Source: a virus (lineage: Duplodnaviria > Heunggongvirae > Uroviricota > Caudoviricetes). Taken from it: a stretch of DNA of 20,329 nucleotides. Positions 7,109 through 15,187 of this stretch are shown here, piece after piece. Each line of letters starts with the position of its first letter. Position 1 is the stretch's first letter. The position numbers and the translations under genes are program-made. A model generated the notes under the pieces. The model saw only the letters and a program-made list of their open reading frames with translations, did no database searches and was not told the DNA's origin. Location of the stretch: the IMG/VR virus record IMGVR_UViG_2537561946_000003, positions 1-20,329 of that record. One strand, given 5' to 3'.

Positions 7109-7473
7109 TATTGGATTCTCTGCATCATGAGAAAGACAATCATGGCGGCGCGGAGGGGATTTTCATGTATAGCTCGCTTAGATTTACAGTAGGCCACACC
7201 ACGTGCACCCCACTCGTCTTCATCGAGATTGATAATGCTAATCCTGTATTTTTCAATAATCGGCCATGCGTCTGCTGGGTTTGCGCATGGGTTAAAGGAA
7301 CCGCGCTCAACTTCTACTTCGACTGCGTCTCCGTTTACAATGTCTCCCTCAAATGAGACAAACACCATATCGCCATTCTCACCTTCCTTATAATCCGGTG
7401 ATCCGTTATGAATGGCTTCGAATACCGCCACGTTAATTTCAAAATCACTTAACTGTGAATAATCCATTGTCAT
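7108..7473 (-). CDS. NinX-like protein (DUF2591-like), acidic, 121 aa
   Basis: ATG at 7473 (GAGGAA Shine-Dalgarno; ATGA overlap with the ninE stop) gives [35 protein letters not shown].... Occupies the ninE-ninF interval where P22 carries ninX. Family assignment is from memory. Confidence 0.5.
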   Translation of the reverse strand: MTMDYSQLSDFEINVAVFEAIHNGSPDYKEGENGDMVFVSFEGDIVNGDAVEVEVERGSFNPCANPADAWPIIEKYRISIINLDEDEWGARGVAYCKSKRAIHENPLRAAMIVFLMMQRIQ

Positions 7474-7646
7474 TTCCTCGCACGATGTCTTAGCCACCGG
7501 ATATCCCACAGGTGAGCCGTGTAATTGAAGGTTTTTACGTCAGATTCTTTTGGGATTGGCTTGCGTTTATTTCTGGAGCGTTTCGTTGGAAGGTATTTGC
7601 AGTTTTCGCAGGTTATGTCGGTGATGCTTCGTCGCTGTCGTCTCAT
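7470..7646 (-). CDS. ninE: NinE, 58 aa
   Basis: [58 protein letters not shown] matches lambda NinE as recalled. ATGA overlap with the ninB stop. Confidence 0.75.
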   Translation of the reverse strand: MRRQRRSITDITCENCKYLPTKRSRNKRKPIPKESDVKTFNYTAHLWDIRWLRHRARK

Positions 7647-8083
7647 GCCGCCCTGTCTCCCCATCTTGCTTTCCACTCCAGAGCCAGTCGCGCTTCGTCT
7701 GACCACTTAACGCCACGCTCTGTACCGAATGCCTGTATAAGCTCTAATAGCTCCGCAAATTCGCTTACACGCATCCTGCTGGTTGACTGGCCTATTACCA
7801 CAAAGCCATTCCCGGCAAGGTTAGGAACAACGTCCTGCTGCTTTAATGCTGCGGTAAACACACACTTCCAGCTTTCTGCATCCAGCCAGCGCCCATGCCA
7901 TTCAACCTGACGAGAGACGTCACCAAGGCAAGCCCAAAGCTTTCGATTCTGGTCTAAGCTGCGGTTGCGTTCCTGAATGGTTACTACGATTGGTTTGGTT
8001 GGGTCTGGAAGGATTTGCTGTACTGCGTGAATAGCGTTTTGCTGATGTGCTGGAGATCGAATTTCAAAGGTCAGTTTTTTCAT
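7643..8083 (-). CDS. ninB: NinB (Orf family recombination mediator)
   Basis: [68 protein letters not shown]... near-identical to lambda NinB. ATG at 8083 with GGAGAGGG Shine-Dalgarno; the ORF-track start at 8101 is a TTG. Confidence 0.9.
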   Translation of the reverse strand: MKKLTFEIRSPAHQQNAIHAVQQILPDPTKPIVVTIQERNRSLDQNRKLWACLGDVSRQVEWHGRWLDAESWKCVFTAALKQQDVVPNLAGNGFVVIGQSTSRMRVSEFAELLELIQAFGTERGVKWSDEARLALEWKARWGDRAA

Positions 8084-8156
8084 GACTTCCCTCTCCCCCA
8101 AATAAAAAGGCCTGCGATTACCAGCAGGCCTGTTATTAGCTCAGTGATGTAGATGG

Positions 8157-8447
8157 TCATCTTTTAACTCCATATACCGCCAATACCCGTTTCATCGCGG
8201 CACTCTGGCGACACTCCTTAAAAATTAGGTTCGTGCTCATCTTTCCTTCCCGTTCTTCCTTGGTAGCAAACCGGTAATACACCGTTCGCCAGACCTTACC
8301 TTCGATAACCAGAAGACCTGCCCGTGCCATTTTAGCCGCGGCCTGATTTATGCTGGTTACTGTTGCGCCTGTTAGCGCGGCAACGTCCGGCGCACAGAAG
8401 CTATTATGCGTCCCCAGGTAATGAATAATTGCCTCTTTGCCCGTCAT
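8157..8447 (-). CDS. ren: Ren (Rex-exclusion escape protein)
   Basis: 96 aa, MTGKEAIIHYLGTHNSFCAPDVAALTGATVTSINQAAAKMARAGLLVIEGKVWRTVYYRFATKEEREGKMSTNLIFKECRQSAAMKRVLAVYGVKR, matches lambda Ren. Start overlaps the P stop. Confidence 0.85.
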   Translation of the reverse strand: MTGKEAIIHYLGTHNSFCAPDVAALTGATVTSINQAAAKMARAGLLVIEGKVWRTVYYRFATKEEREGKMSTNLIFKECRQSAAMKRVLAVYGVKR

Positions 8448-9145
8448 ACACTTGCTCCTTTCAGTCCGAACTTAGCTTTGAGTTCTGCGATCTTCGCCAG
8501 AGCCTGTGCACGATTTAGAGGTCTACCGCCCATGACAGGAAGTTGTTTTACTGGTTCAGGGATCGCCTCACCACGGTTAATTCTCGCAGTCATATGGACA
8601 AGCTCATCTGCGGCCTTACGGCGTAATTCCGCATCAGTAAGCGCATTGGCCCGCATGTTCTGATACAGGTTGGTAACCAGCCAGTAGTGCGCGTTTGATT
8701 TCCACGGATAAGACTCCGCATCCGGATACAGGCCTCGCTTCCGGCAATACTCGTAAACCATATCAACCAGCTCGCTGACGTTTGGCAGTCCGGCGATAAC
8801 GGATGCTTCTTCCCGGCACCATGCAACAAACTGCCCGGGTGATGGCAGGAATGGTCGATTCTGCCGACGGACTACGCGCATTCCTGCGTTAACCTGTTCC
8901 ATTGTGGTGATCCCGTTTTCCCGGAAAGCCAGAACCCACTGGCGGCGGATTTCGTTCAGTTCGTTCTGGTCACGGTTAGCCAGGCTCGCCGGGAAAGTTG
9001 CCAGTAACTGGCTGAACACACCGTTGATGATCTGCGCTACCTGTTGTACCTGCGGCTTTTCGTCGTACTGTTCCGGCATGTTGTTGGCGATCCGACGCAT
9101 CTGCTCACGGTCAAAGTTAACCATCTGTGCGGCGATGTTTTTCAT
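8444..9145 (-). CDS. P: Replication protein P (DnaB helicase loader)
   Basis: 233 aa, MKNIAAQMVNFDREQMRRIANNMPEQYDEKPQVQQVAQIINGVFSQLLATFPASLANRDQNELNEIRRQWVLAFRENGITTMEQVNAGMRVV... matches lambda P. Confidence 0.95.
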   Translation of the reverse strand: MKNIAAQMVNFDREQMRRIANNMPEQYDEKPQVQQVAQIINGVFSQLLATFPASLANRDQNELNEIRRQWVLAFRENGITTMEQVNAGMRVVRRQNRPFLPSPGQFVAWCREEASVIAGLPNVSELVDMVYEYCRKRGLYPDAESYPWKSNAHYWLVTNLYQNMRANALTDAELRRKAADELVHMTARINRGEAIPEPVKQLPVMGGRPLNRAQALAKIAELKAKFGLKGASV

Positions 9146-10041
9146 AAATCCACCCCGTAAATCCAGTCAGTGTTTGTCAGGTCGAGTTTTGGTTTGCTGG
9201 CTGTCACGCCTGCCTGTTGCTTGTTACGGTTGATTTCGAGCTGGGTCCACTTGTCGCGGAGTTTGGCCGGACTCAGCACGTTACCGGACCAGAAGTTGTC
9301 CTGGCAGGCCCAGCGGAAAAGCACACACATATCGCGGTGGTTACGTCCGTCACGTTCACGCATCAGGCGGATATCGTTAGCCCACCCAGCAAAATTCGGT
9401 TTTCTGGCTGATGGCGCGATGGTCTTCACCATGTCAAACATCCACTCTGCGGCGGTCAGGTCTTCTGCTGTTCCCCACTTGCTGCCGCTCTGAATTGCAG
9501 CATCCGGTTTAACCACAGAAAGGTCGTTTTCTGGCTGGTCAGAGGATTCGCCAGAATTCTCTGACGAATAATCTTTTCTTTTTTCTTTTGTAATAGTGTC
9601 TTTTGTGTCCCCCTGTTTTGAGGGATAGCAATCCCCCAATTTGAGGGATGTTTTATCCCTCGTTTTAAGGGATTTTCCCTCGTTTTGAGGGATGCACCAT
9701 TCTGAGATGTTTTTATTTGGTCCAAACATGCCGCCTTGCTGCTTGATAATATTCATTCTGACGAGTTCTAACTTGGCTTCATTGCACCGTTTGACAGGTA
9801 ACTTTGTAATCTCGCTAAGTTGAGAATCGGTGATTCTGTCCATTGGTTTATTCCACCCATAGGTTTTACGCAGAATGGCAAGCAGCACTTTAAACTGTCG
9901 CTTGGTCAGATCTGCGCCTGAATAAGCCTCAAGCAGCATATTTGATAGTCTGGCGTAACCATCATCGAGATCTGCCACATTACGCTCCTGTCCGGCAAAG
10001 TTACCTCTGCCGAAGTTGAGTATTTTTGCTGTATTTGTCAT
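9142..10041 (-). CDS. O: Replication initiator protein O
   Basis: 299 aa, MTNTAKILNFGRGNFAGQERNVADLDDGYARLSNMLLEAYSGADLTKRQFKVLLAILRKTYGWNKPMDRITDSQLSEITKLPVKRCNEAKLELVRMNIIKQQGGMFGPNKNISEW... matches lambda O. AGGAG Shine-Dalgarno upstream of 10041. Confidence 0.95.
   Translation of the reverse strand: MTNTAKILNFGRGNFAGQERNVADLDDGYARLSNMLLEAYSGADLTKRQFKVLLAILRKTYGWNKPMDRITDSQLSEITKLPVKRCNEAKLELVRMNIIKQQGGMFGPNKNISEWCIPQNEGKSLKTRDKTSLKLGDCYPSKQGDTKDTITKEKRKDYSSENSGESSDQPENDLSVVKPDAAIQSGSKWGTAEDLTAAEWMFDMVKTIAPSARKPNFAGWANDIRLMRERDGRNHRDMCVLFRWACQDNFWSGNVLSPAKLRDKWTQLEINRNKQQAGVTASKPKLDLTNTDWIYGVDL
9540..9700. repeat. ori: ori-lambda: four tandem iterons of about 19 bp plus the adjacent AT-rich region, inside the O gene
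   Basis: Direct repeats of the form atccctcaaaacgagggaaaatccc visible on the minus strand across about 9606..9694 (plus strand: ccctgttttgagggat...atccctcgttttaagggattttccctcgttttgagggat), flanked by an A/T run at 9565..9600. Confidence 0.85.
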
Positions 10042-10051
10042 AATGACTCCT

Positions 10052-10130
10052 GTTGATAGATCCAGTAATGACCTCAGAATTCCATCTGGATTTGATTAGA
10101 ACGCTCGGTCTTGCACACCGGGCGTTTTTT
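10052..10130 (+). ncRNA. oop: oop antisense RNA (antisense to the 3' end of the cII-like gene)
   Basis: Plus strand gttgatagatccagtaatgacctcagaattccatctggatttgattagaacgctcggtcttgcacaccgggcgtttttt closely resembles lambda oop as recalled, ending in a hairpin (CGCTCGG/CCGGGCG) plus T6 terminator. Confidence 0.55.
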
Positions 10131-10373
10131 CTTTGTGATTCCATCAAGCGCATACTTAAAAGCCCTGCTAATTGGACTGATGTCTGATGCCATTCCGAAA
10201 GCACACAAGACCGAAGCAATAAACCGCCAGTCCGTTCTGCTTATCTTTGATTCATGACAGCCAATCATCTTTGCCAGACCGCGCTGTGTAAGCGTTGACA
10301 GGTTGATGAGTAAATCTGTTTCTGCGCGATCAATTTCTCGCTGTGTTGGCTTGCTGTAGCTTGCTTGTGCCAT
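10074..10373 (-). CDS. c1: CII-like lysogeny-establishment transcriptional activator (P22 C1 type)
   Basis: 99 aa. HTH region (TQRGLAKMIGCHESKISR) and C-terminus KKKRPVCKTERSNQIQMEF resembling the lambda CII C-terminus (KKRPAATERSEQIQMEF). Position between cro and O. Confidence 0.85.
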   Translation of the reverse strand: MAQASYSKPTQREIDRAETDLLINLSTLTQRGLAKMIGCHESKISRTDWRFIASVLCAFGMASDISPISRAFKYALDGITKKKRPVCKTERSNQIQMEF

Positions 10374-10440
10374 TTGTTAATTTTCCTATATTGATATTGA
10401 GTTATAGCGGCACACCCAATGGATTTGCCGCTGATGTTTG

Positions 10441-10481
10441 CTCACCCGGTTAGAGGTGAAAGGCCAGAACTGTTAAAGAGC
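10441..10481 (-). promoter_or_regulatory. nutR: nutR (boxA plus boxB hairpin) for N-mediated antitermination of the pR transcript
   Basis: Minus strand reads GCTCTTTAACA (boxA-like), then about 10 nt, then TTCACCTCTAACCGGGTGAG (boxB hairpin, stem CACC/GGTG, loop containing CTAACC). Lies between cro and the cII-like gene. Confidence 0.5.
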
Positions 10482-10488
10482 AATTTGC

Positions 10489-10674
10489 TTATGCCGCTTG
10501 GCGGTAAGCACTTTCTTGATACTTCAGGGCGCCAGCTGTAACGATTTCCAATCGATAGGCGTCTTTCTCTGGGATAACTTCTTTCCACTGAGAGACTGCT
10601 GCATCGCTAATGCCTAGTGCTTTAGCAACAGCACGCTGGGTTCCGAAGTGGTCAATAACATCTTTTTTGTACAT
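10489..10674 (-). CDS. cro: Cro repressor (P22 type)
   Basis: 61 aa, MYKKDVIDHFGTQRAVAKALGISDAAVSQWKEVIPEKDAYRLEIVTAGALKYQESAYRQAA, essentially identical to P22 Cro as recalled. Confidence 0.9.
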   Translation of the reverse strand: MYKKDVIDHFGTQRAVAKALGISDAAVSQWKEVIPEKDAYRLEIVTAGALKYQESAYRQAA

Positions 10675-10688
10675 AGACTCGCTCCGAA

Positions 10689-10754
10689 ATTAAAGAACAC
10701 TTAAATTATCCACCAAAGGAATCTTAAGTCAAGTTTATTTAAGATGTCTTAACT
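10689..10754. promoter_or_regulatory. OR: Right operator OR1-OR2-OR3 with divergent PR and PRM
   Basis: Three 18-bp sites fitting the P22-type pattern nnTnAAGnnnnCTTnAnn: ATTAAAGAACACTTAAAT (10689..10706), ACCAAAGGAATCTTAAGT (10712..10729), ATTTAAGATGTCTTAACT (10737..10754), between the divergent cro and c2 starts. Confidence 0.7.
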
Positions 10755-11405
10755 ATGAATACACAACTGATGGGTGAGCGTATTCGCGCTCGCAGAAAAG
10801 AACTCAAGATTAGGCAGGCTGCCCTTGGCAAGATGGTTGGCGTGTCTAATGTTGCTATTTCCCAATGGGAGCGATCTGAAACTGAGCCCAATGGCGAAAA
10901 CCTATTGGCCTTAGCCAAGGCTTTGCAGTGCTCCCCTGATTACCTGTTGAAAGGAGAGGATAGTCTTTCAAACATTGCCTATCACAGCAGGCATGATCCA
11001 AGAGGTTCGTATCCTCTAATTAGTTGGGTAAGCGCAGGATGTTGGATGGAAGCTGTAGAGCCATATCATAGGCGTGCAATAGATAACTGGTACGACACAA
11101 CGGTAGATTGTTCTGAAGACTCTTTTTGGCTCGACGTTAAAGGCGATTCAATGACTGCCCCGGCAGGACTGAGTATTCCTGAGGGGATGATTATTCTCGT
11201 CGACCCAGAAGTCGAACCACGTAATGGAAAGTTGGTAGTCGCCAAACTTGAAGGAGAAAACGAGGCGACATTCAAAAAGTTAGTTATTGATGCCGGTAGA
11301 AAATTCCTGAAACCACTCAATCCACAATACCCAATGATTGAAATCAATGGGAACTGTAAAATCATTGGCGTTGTCGTTGATGCCAAGCTAGCAAACCTTC
11401 CTTAA
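10755..11405 (+). CDS. c2: C2 repressor (P22-type CI; N-terminal HTH plus C-terminal S24 LexA-like autocleavage domain)
   Basis: 216 aa, MNTQLMGERIRARRKELKIRQAALGKMVGVSNVAISQWERSETEPNGENLLALAKALQCSPDYLLKGE..., near-identical to P22 C2 as recalled. C-terminal domain with GDSM (Ser) and K (FKKL) of the S24 catalytic dyad. Confidence 0.95.
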   Translation: MNTQLMGERIRARRKELKIRQAALGKMVGVSNVAISQWERSETEPNGENLLALAKALQCSPDYLLKGEDSLSNIAYHSRHDPRGSYPLISWVSAGCWMEAVEPYHRRAIDNWYDTTVDCSEDSFWLDVKGDSMTAPAGLSIPEGMIILVDPEVEPRNGKLVVAKLEGENEATFKKLVIDAGRKFLKPLNPQYPMIEINGNCKIIGVVVDAKLANLP

Positions 11406-11427
11406 GGGGCTTTCGCCCCTTTTTTAT
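11404..11427 (+). terminator. Intrinsic terminator downstream of c2
   Basis: aggggc-tttc-gcccct followed by tttttt directly after the c2 stop codon. Confidence 0.6.
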
Positions 11428-11469
11428 TTCCCGTTAAAAATCAAAGACAAACTAAATTCACGCCCACAA

Positions 11470-11523
11470 AATTAAGTTTTCTTCAAAAATGCACTTGACC
11501 AACAAATTAAGAAGTCTTAAATT
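11470..11523. promoter_or_regulatory. OL: Left operator OL with promoter pL (reads rightward into N)
   Basis: Operator-pattern sites AATTAAGTTTTCTTCAAA (11470..11487) and AATTAAGAAGTCTTAAAT (11505..11522). TTGACC at 11495..11500, 17-bp spacer, TAAATT at 11518..11523. Confidence 0.6.
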
Positions 11524-11568
11524 TAAGCCATCAGCAGGAGGCTGGAAGCCAAACGGAACAGATTGGCA

Positions 11569-11609
11569 GGCTCTTTAACATCGACGAACTCTCAACCTAA
11601 CCGTTGAGA
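11569..11609 (+). promoter_or_regulatory. nutL: nutL (boxA plus boxB hairpin)
   Basis: GGCTCTTTAACA (boxA-like) followed by TCTCAACCTAACCGTTGAGA (perfect 7-bp stem TCTCAAC/GTTGAGA, loop CTAACC), upstream of N. Confidence 0.55.
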
Positions 11610-11719
11610 CCAGAACTTGAGTGGTTTTGGGGATGGCGCGAATTGCAGTTGCAAGACAGCGATCGAGAAGATAAGCACCTCGACGCGTCATGCGCCAAAA
11701 CCACTTAAAGGAGACCATC

Positions 11720-12025
11720 ATGGTAACCATTGTCTGGAAAGAATCCAAAGGTACGGCAAAAAGCCGCTACAAAGCTCGCAGAGCAGAACTTATTGCCGAG
11801 CGACGCAGTAATGAAGCACTGGCGCGAAAAATTGCGCTAAAGCTCTCTGGTTGCGTCAGGGCAGACAAAGCAACATCACTAGGAAGCCTTTGCTGCAAGA
11901 AGAAAGAAGAAGTCGTTCGAAAAAATAGAAGTATTTATTACAAGGATTCAAACCCATTAGGAAACAAAATACATGCAGTCCAAAAAATAAAATTGTACAG
12001 TAAACTACCGTACGGTGCTTATTGA
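11720..12025 (+). CDS. N: Antiterminator N (phage 21 type, arginine-rich motif)
   Basis: ATG at 11720 with AAGGAG Shine-Dalgarno gives MVTIVWKESKGTAKSRYKARRAELIAERRSNEALARKIALKLSG..., matching the phage 21 N arginine-rich N-terminus as recalled. The ORF-track frame begins at 11690 without an RBS. Confidence 0.8.
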   Translation: MVTIVWKESKGTAKSRYKARRAELIAERRSNEALARKIALKLSGCVRADKATSLGSLCCKKKEEVVRKNRSIYYKDSNPLGNKIHAVQKIKLYSKLPYGAY

Positions 12026-12027
12026 GT

Positions 12028-12366
12028 ATGCTTATGGTGAAAAAGACTATTTATGTTAATCCTGACCGTGGACAAAACAGAAAAGTATCTGATAGAGGTC
12101 TTACATCTCGAGACAGGAGGAGAATAGCGAGATGGGAAAAGAGGATAGCATATGCATTAAAAAACGGTGTAACACCTGGATTTAATGCTATAGATGACGG
12201 TCCTGAATATAAGATTAATGAAGACCCAATGGATAAAGTTGACAAAGCATTAGCAACACCATTTCCTCGCGATGTCGAAAAAATTGAAGATGAAAAATAT
12301 GAGGATGTAATGCACAGAGTTGTTAATCACGCTCACCAACGAAATCCAAATAAAAAATGGTCATAG
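12028..12366 (+). CDS. Hypothetical basic protein, about 112 aa (early-left operon accessory gene)
   Basis: ORF-track frame 12022..12366 (TTG at 12022). ATG at 12028 or 12034 gives MLMVKKTIYVNPDRGQNRKVSDRGLTSRDRRRIARWEKRIAYALKNG.... Lys/Arg-rich, AT-rich codon usage. Followed directly by an intrinsic terminator. No family recognised. Confidence 0.45.
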   Translation: MLMVKKTIYVNPDRGQNRKVSDRGLTSRDRRRIARWEKRIAYALKNGVTPGFNAIDDGPEYKINEDPMDKVDKALATPFPRDVEKIEDEKYEDVMHRVVNHAHQRNPNKKWS

Positions 12367-12387
12367 CCCACTTCGGTGGGTTTTTTA
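12366..12387 (+). terminator. Intrinsic terminator (tL-like)
   Basis: cccac-ttcg-gtggg stem-loop (12367..12380) followed by tttttt (12381..12386). Confidence 0.6.
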
Positions 12388-12529
12388 TTGTCTGAACTAA
12401 CCGAATTTATTACAGCAAGCCACGCAGTGAAATGGGTGTGAGTTGTGTTGGTCGCCAGAAAATGAAATTAGGCAGCAAACCACTTATTTGAGAGGAATTA
12501 ATATGTCATAAATCCGCTTAACTACGAGA

Positions 12530-13126
12530 ATGAAAGAGAAAATCGCTCGTAACGCTTTAATTAAATCTGGGGTTTTCACTGAGCTTGAAGAAGTAACAAA
12601 GTTAAAGAACCAGCTTGCACTTGACGCCAGAGTTATTGCGTTTGGCGGTAAAAAGAAAACTGAGGAAGTGGATCAGTTATCATCCAAGTTAATGGCTATA
12701 AGCGAAGAACTTGAAAAGCTGGGATGTTCATTTTACTCATGCGATGCCCGTTCAACTTCAATTTATCTGACTGTATCTGGCAGAAGGGTTGGCTGGTATT
12801 CATATGGGAAAGACGGCAACGGCGAAGATATATTGCTCCCTACTCCGACCAAAGATAAATGCATGTTTAGCGCAGAACACGAAATAACAAAAAGGTTTGA
12901 TGAAATCTGCGCATTGCAACAAAAACTTGAAGCCAAGAAAAAGGATATCGAATCAAATGTATGGGCTGCTTTGAACTCAGTCACAACAGTTAAGCGACTT
13001 ATTGAAGTTTGGCCTGAAAGCAAAGAGTTGCTACCAAAAGAAGCAGATAAAGCAAGTACAGCACTTCCTGCTTTACGGGTAGAAGATTTGAATAAGATGA
13101 TTGGACTTCCTTCCGAGGCCGCATAA
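12530..13126 (+). CDS. Hypothetical soluble protein, 198 aa (early-left operon accessory gene)
   Basis: ATG at 12530, MKEKIARNALIKSGVFTELEEVTKLKNQLALDARVIAFGGKKK.... Charged, probably partly coiled-coil. No hydrophobic segments. No family recognised. Confidence 0.5.
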   Translation: MKEKIARNALIKSGVFTELEEVTKLKNQLALDARVIAFGGKKKTEEVDQLSSKLMAISEELEKLGCSFYSCDARSTSIYLTVSGRRVGWYSYGKDGNGEDILLPTPTKDKCMFSAEHEITKRFDEICALQQKLEAKKKDIESNVWAALNSVTTVKRLIEVWPESKELLPKEADKASTALPALRVEDLNKMIGLPSEAA

Positions 13127-13260
13127 TCGTCCTTTATTTTTGGCATAAACAACAGAATAAAAACTGCACTGTGTATTCATTCCAACGAGTGAATACACGG
13201 AGCAATGTCGCTCGCAACTAAACAGGAGCCGACTTGTTCTGATTATTGGAAATCTTCTTT

Positions 13261-13287
13261 GCCCTCCAGCGTGAGGGCGATTTTTTA
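13261..13287 (+). terminator. Intrinsic terminator upstream of ea10
   Basis: gccctc-cagcgt-gagggc stem-loop followed by gattttttat. Confidence 0.55.
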
Positions 13288-13306
13288 TCTGTGAGGATAT
13301 GAACAG

Positions 13307-13675
13307 ATGTCAAACATCAAAAAATACATCATTGATTACGACTGGAAAGCATCAATAGAAATTGAAATCGACCATGACGTAATGACAGAGGAAAAACTTC
13401 ACCAGATTAATAATTTCTGGTCAGACTCTGAATACCGACTCAATAAACACGGCTCTGTATTAAATACTGTATTAATCATGCTGGCGCAACATGCTCTGCT
13501 TATAGCAATTTCAAGCGACTTAAATGCATATGGTGTTGTGTGTGAGTTCGACTGGAATGATGGAAATGGTCAGGAAGGATGGCCTCCAATGGATGGTAGC
13601 GAAGGAATAAGAATTACCGATATCGATACATCAGGAATATTTGATTCAGATGATATGACTATCAAAGCCGCCTGA
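13307..13675 (+). CDS. ea10: Ea10 protein (lambda early-left, acidic 122-aa protein)
   Basis: 122 aa, strongly acidic, MSNIKKYIIDYDWKASIEIEIDHDVMTEEKLHQINNFWSDSEY.... Length and the 73-nt spacing to cIII match lambda ea10 as recalled. Confidence 0.7.
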   Translation: MSNIKKYIIDYDWKASIEIEIDHDVMTEEKLHQINNFWSDSEYRLNKHGSVLNTVLIMLAQHALLIAISSDLNAYGVVCEFDWNDGNGQEGWPPMDGSEGIRITDIDTSGIFDSDDMTIKAA

Positions 13676-13747
13676 GCGCTGCGTTACCGCATACCAATAA
13701 CGCTTCACTCGAGGCGTTTTTCGTTATGTATAAATAAGGAGCACACC

Positions 13748-13912
13748 ATGCAGTATGCCATTGCAGGGTGGCCTGTTGCTGGCTGCCCTTCCGAATCTTT
13801 ACTTGAACGAATCACCCGTAAATTACGTGACGGATGGAAACGCCTTATCGACATACTTAATCCGCCAGGAGTCCCAAAAAATGGATCAAACACTTATGGC
13901 TATCCAGACTAA
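13748..13912 (+). CDS. cIII: CIII (FtsH/HflB inhibitor stabilising CII)
   Basis: Hand translation from ATG 13748 (AAGGAG Shine-Dalgarno): [54 protein letters not shown], matching lambda CIII. Below the ORF-track cutoff. Confidence 0.9.
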   Translation: MQYAIAGWPVAGCPSESLLERITRKLRDGWKRLIDILNPPGVPKNGSNTYGYPD

Positions 13913-14024
13913 ATTCACTATCGCCACTTTTATTGGCGATGAAAAGATGTTTCGTGAGGCCGTCGACGCTTATAAAAAATGGATATTAATACTGAAACTG
14001 AGATCAAGCAAAAGCATTCACTAA
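13881..14024 (+). CDS. kil: Kil (host killing / FtsZ inhibition), 47 aa
   Basis: [47 protein letters not shown] matches lambda Kil. Overlaps the cIII 3' end as in lambda. Confidence 0.85.
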   Translation: MDQTLMAIQTKFTIATFIGDEKMFREAVDAYKKWILILKLRSSKSIH

Positions 14025-14099
14025 CCCCCTTTCCTGTTTTCCTAATCAGCCCGGCATTTCGCGGGCGATATTTTCACAGCCATTTTCAGGAGTTCAGCC

Positions 14100-14396
14100 A
14101 TGAACGCTTATTACATTCAGGATCGTCTTGAGGCTCAGAGCTGGGCGCGTCACTACCAGCAGCTCGCCCGTGAAGAGAAAGAGGCAGAACTGGCAGACGA
14201 CATGGAAAAAGGCCTGCCCCAGCACCTGTTTGAATCGCTATGCATCGATCATTTGCAACGCCACGGGGCCAGCAAAAAAGCCATTACCCGTGCGTTTGAT
14301 GACGATGTTGAGTTTCAGGAGCGCATGGCAGAACACATCCGGTACATGGTTGAAACTATTGCCCGCCACCAGGTTGATATTGATTCAGAGGTATAA
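14100..14396 (+). CDS. gam: Gam (RecBCD inhibitor), 98-aa GamS form
   Basis: [60 protein letters not shown]... matches lambda Gam. GGAG Shine-Dalgarno upstream. Confidence 0.95.
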   Translation: MNAYYIQDRLEAQSWARHYQQLAREEKEAELADDMEKGLPQHLFESLCIDHLQRHGASKKAITRAFDDDVEFQERMAEHIRYMVETIARHQVDIDSEV

Positions 14397-14401
14397 AACG
14401 G

Positions 14402-15187
14402 ATGAGTACAGCACTCGCAACGCTGGCAGGGAAGCTGGCTGAACGTGTCGGCATGGATTCTGTCGACCCACAGGAACTGATCACCACTCTTCGCCAGACG
14501 GCATTTAAAGGTGATGCCAGCGATGCGCAGTTCATCGCATTGTTGATCGTTGCCAACCAGTACGGCCTTAATCCGTGGACGAAAGAAATTTACGCCTTTC
14601 CTGATAAGCAGAATGGCATCGTTCCGGTGGTGGGCGTTGATGGCTGGTCCCGCATCATCAATGAAAACCAGCAGTTTGATGGCATGGACTTTGAGCAGGA
14701 CAATGAATCCTGTACATGCCGGATTTACCGCAAGGACCGTAATCATCCGATCTGCGTTACCGAGTGGATGGATGAATGCCGCCGCGAACCATTCAAAACC
14801 CGCGAAGGCAGAGAAATTACGGGGCCGTGGCAGTCGCATCCCAAACGGATGTTACGGCATAAAGCCATGATTCAGTGTGCCCGTCTGGCCTTCGGATTTG
14901 CGGGTATCTATGACAAGGATGAAGCCGAGCGCATTGTCGAAAATACCGCATACACTGCAGAACGTCAGCCAGAACGCGACATCACTCCGGTTAACGATGA
15001 AACCATGCAGGAGATTAACACTCTGCTGATCGCCCTGGATAAAACATGGGATGACGACTTATTGCCGCTCTGTTCCCAGATATTTCGCCGCGACATTCGC
15101 GCATCGTCAGAACTGACACAGGTCGAGGCAGTGAAAGCTCTTGGATTCCTGAAACAGAAAGCCTCTGAACAGAAGGTGGCTGCATGA
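14402..15187 (+). CDS. bet: Bet (Red-beta single-strand annealing protein)
   Basis: 261 aa, [72 protein letters not shown]... matches lambda Bet. Confidence 0.97.
   Translation: MSTALATLAGKLAERVGMDSVDPQELITTLRQTAFKGDASDAQFIALLIVANQYGLNPWTKEIYAFPDKQNGIVPVVGVDGWSRIINENQQFDGMDFEQDNESCTCRIYRKDRNHPICVTEWMDECRREPFKTREGREITGPWQSHPKRMLRHKAMIQCARLAFGFAGIYDKDEAERIVENTAYTAERQPERDITPVNDETMQEINTLLIALDKTWDDDLLPLCSQIFRRDIRASSELTQVEAVKALGFLKQKASEQKVAA

Noticed and set aside
9456-9725. 89-aa minus-strand ORF overlapping the ori iterons
   Set aside because: It lies wholly inside the O gene in another frame, and its repetitive translation simply reflects the iteron repeats.
12763-13152. 129-aa minus-strand ORF antisense to the 198-aa early-left ORF
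   Set aside because: Opposite to operon polarity, no RBS, Ser/Leu-rich translation. The plus-strand frame has the better start context.
14315-14839. 174-aa minus-strand ORF inside bet
   Set aside because: Antisense to the near-identical lambda bet gene; a shadow ORF.
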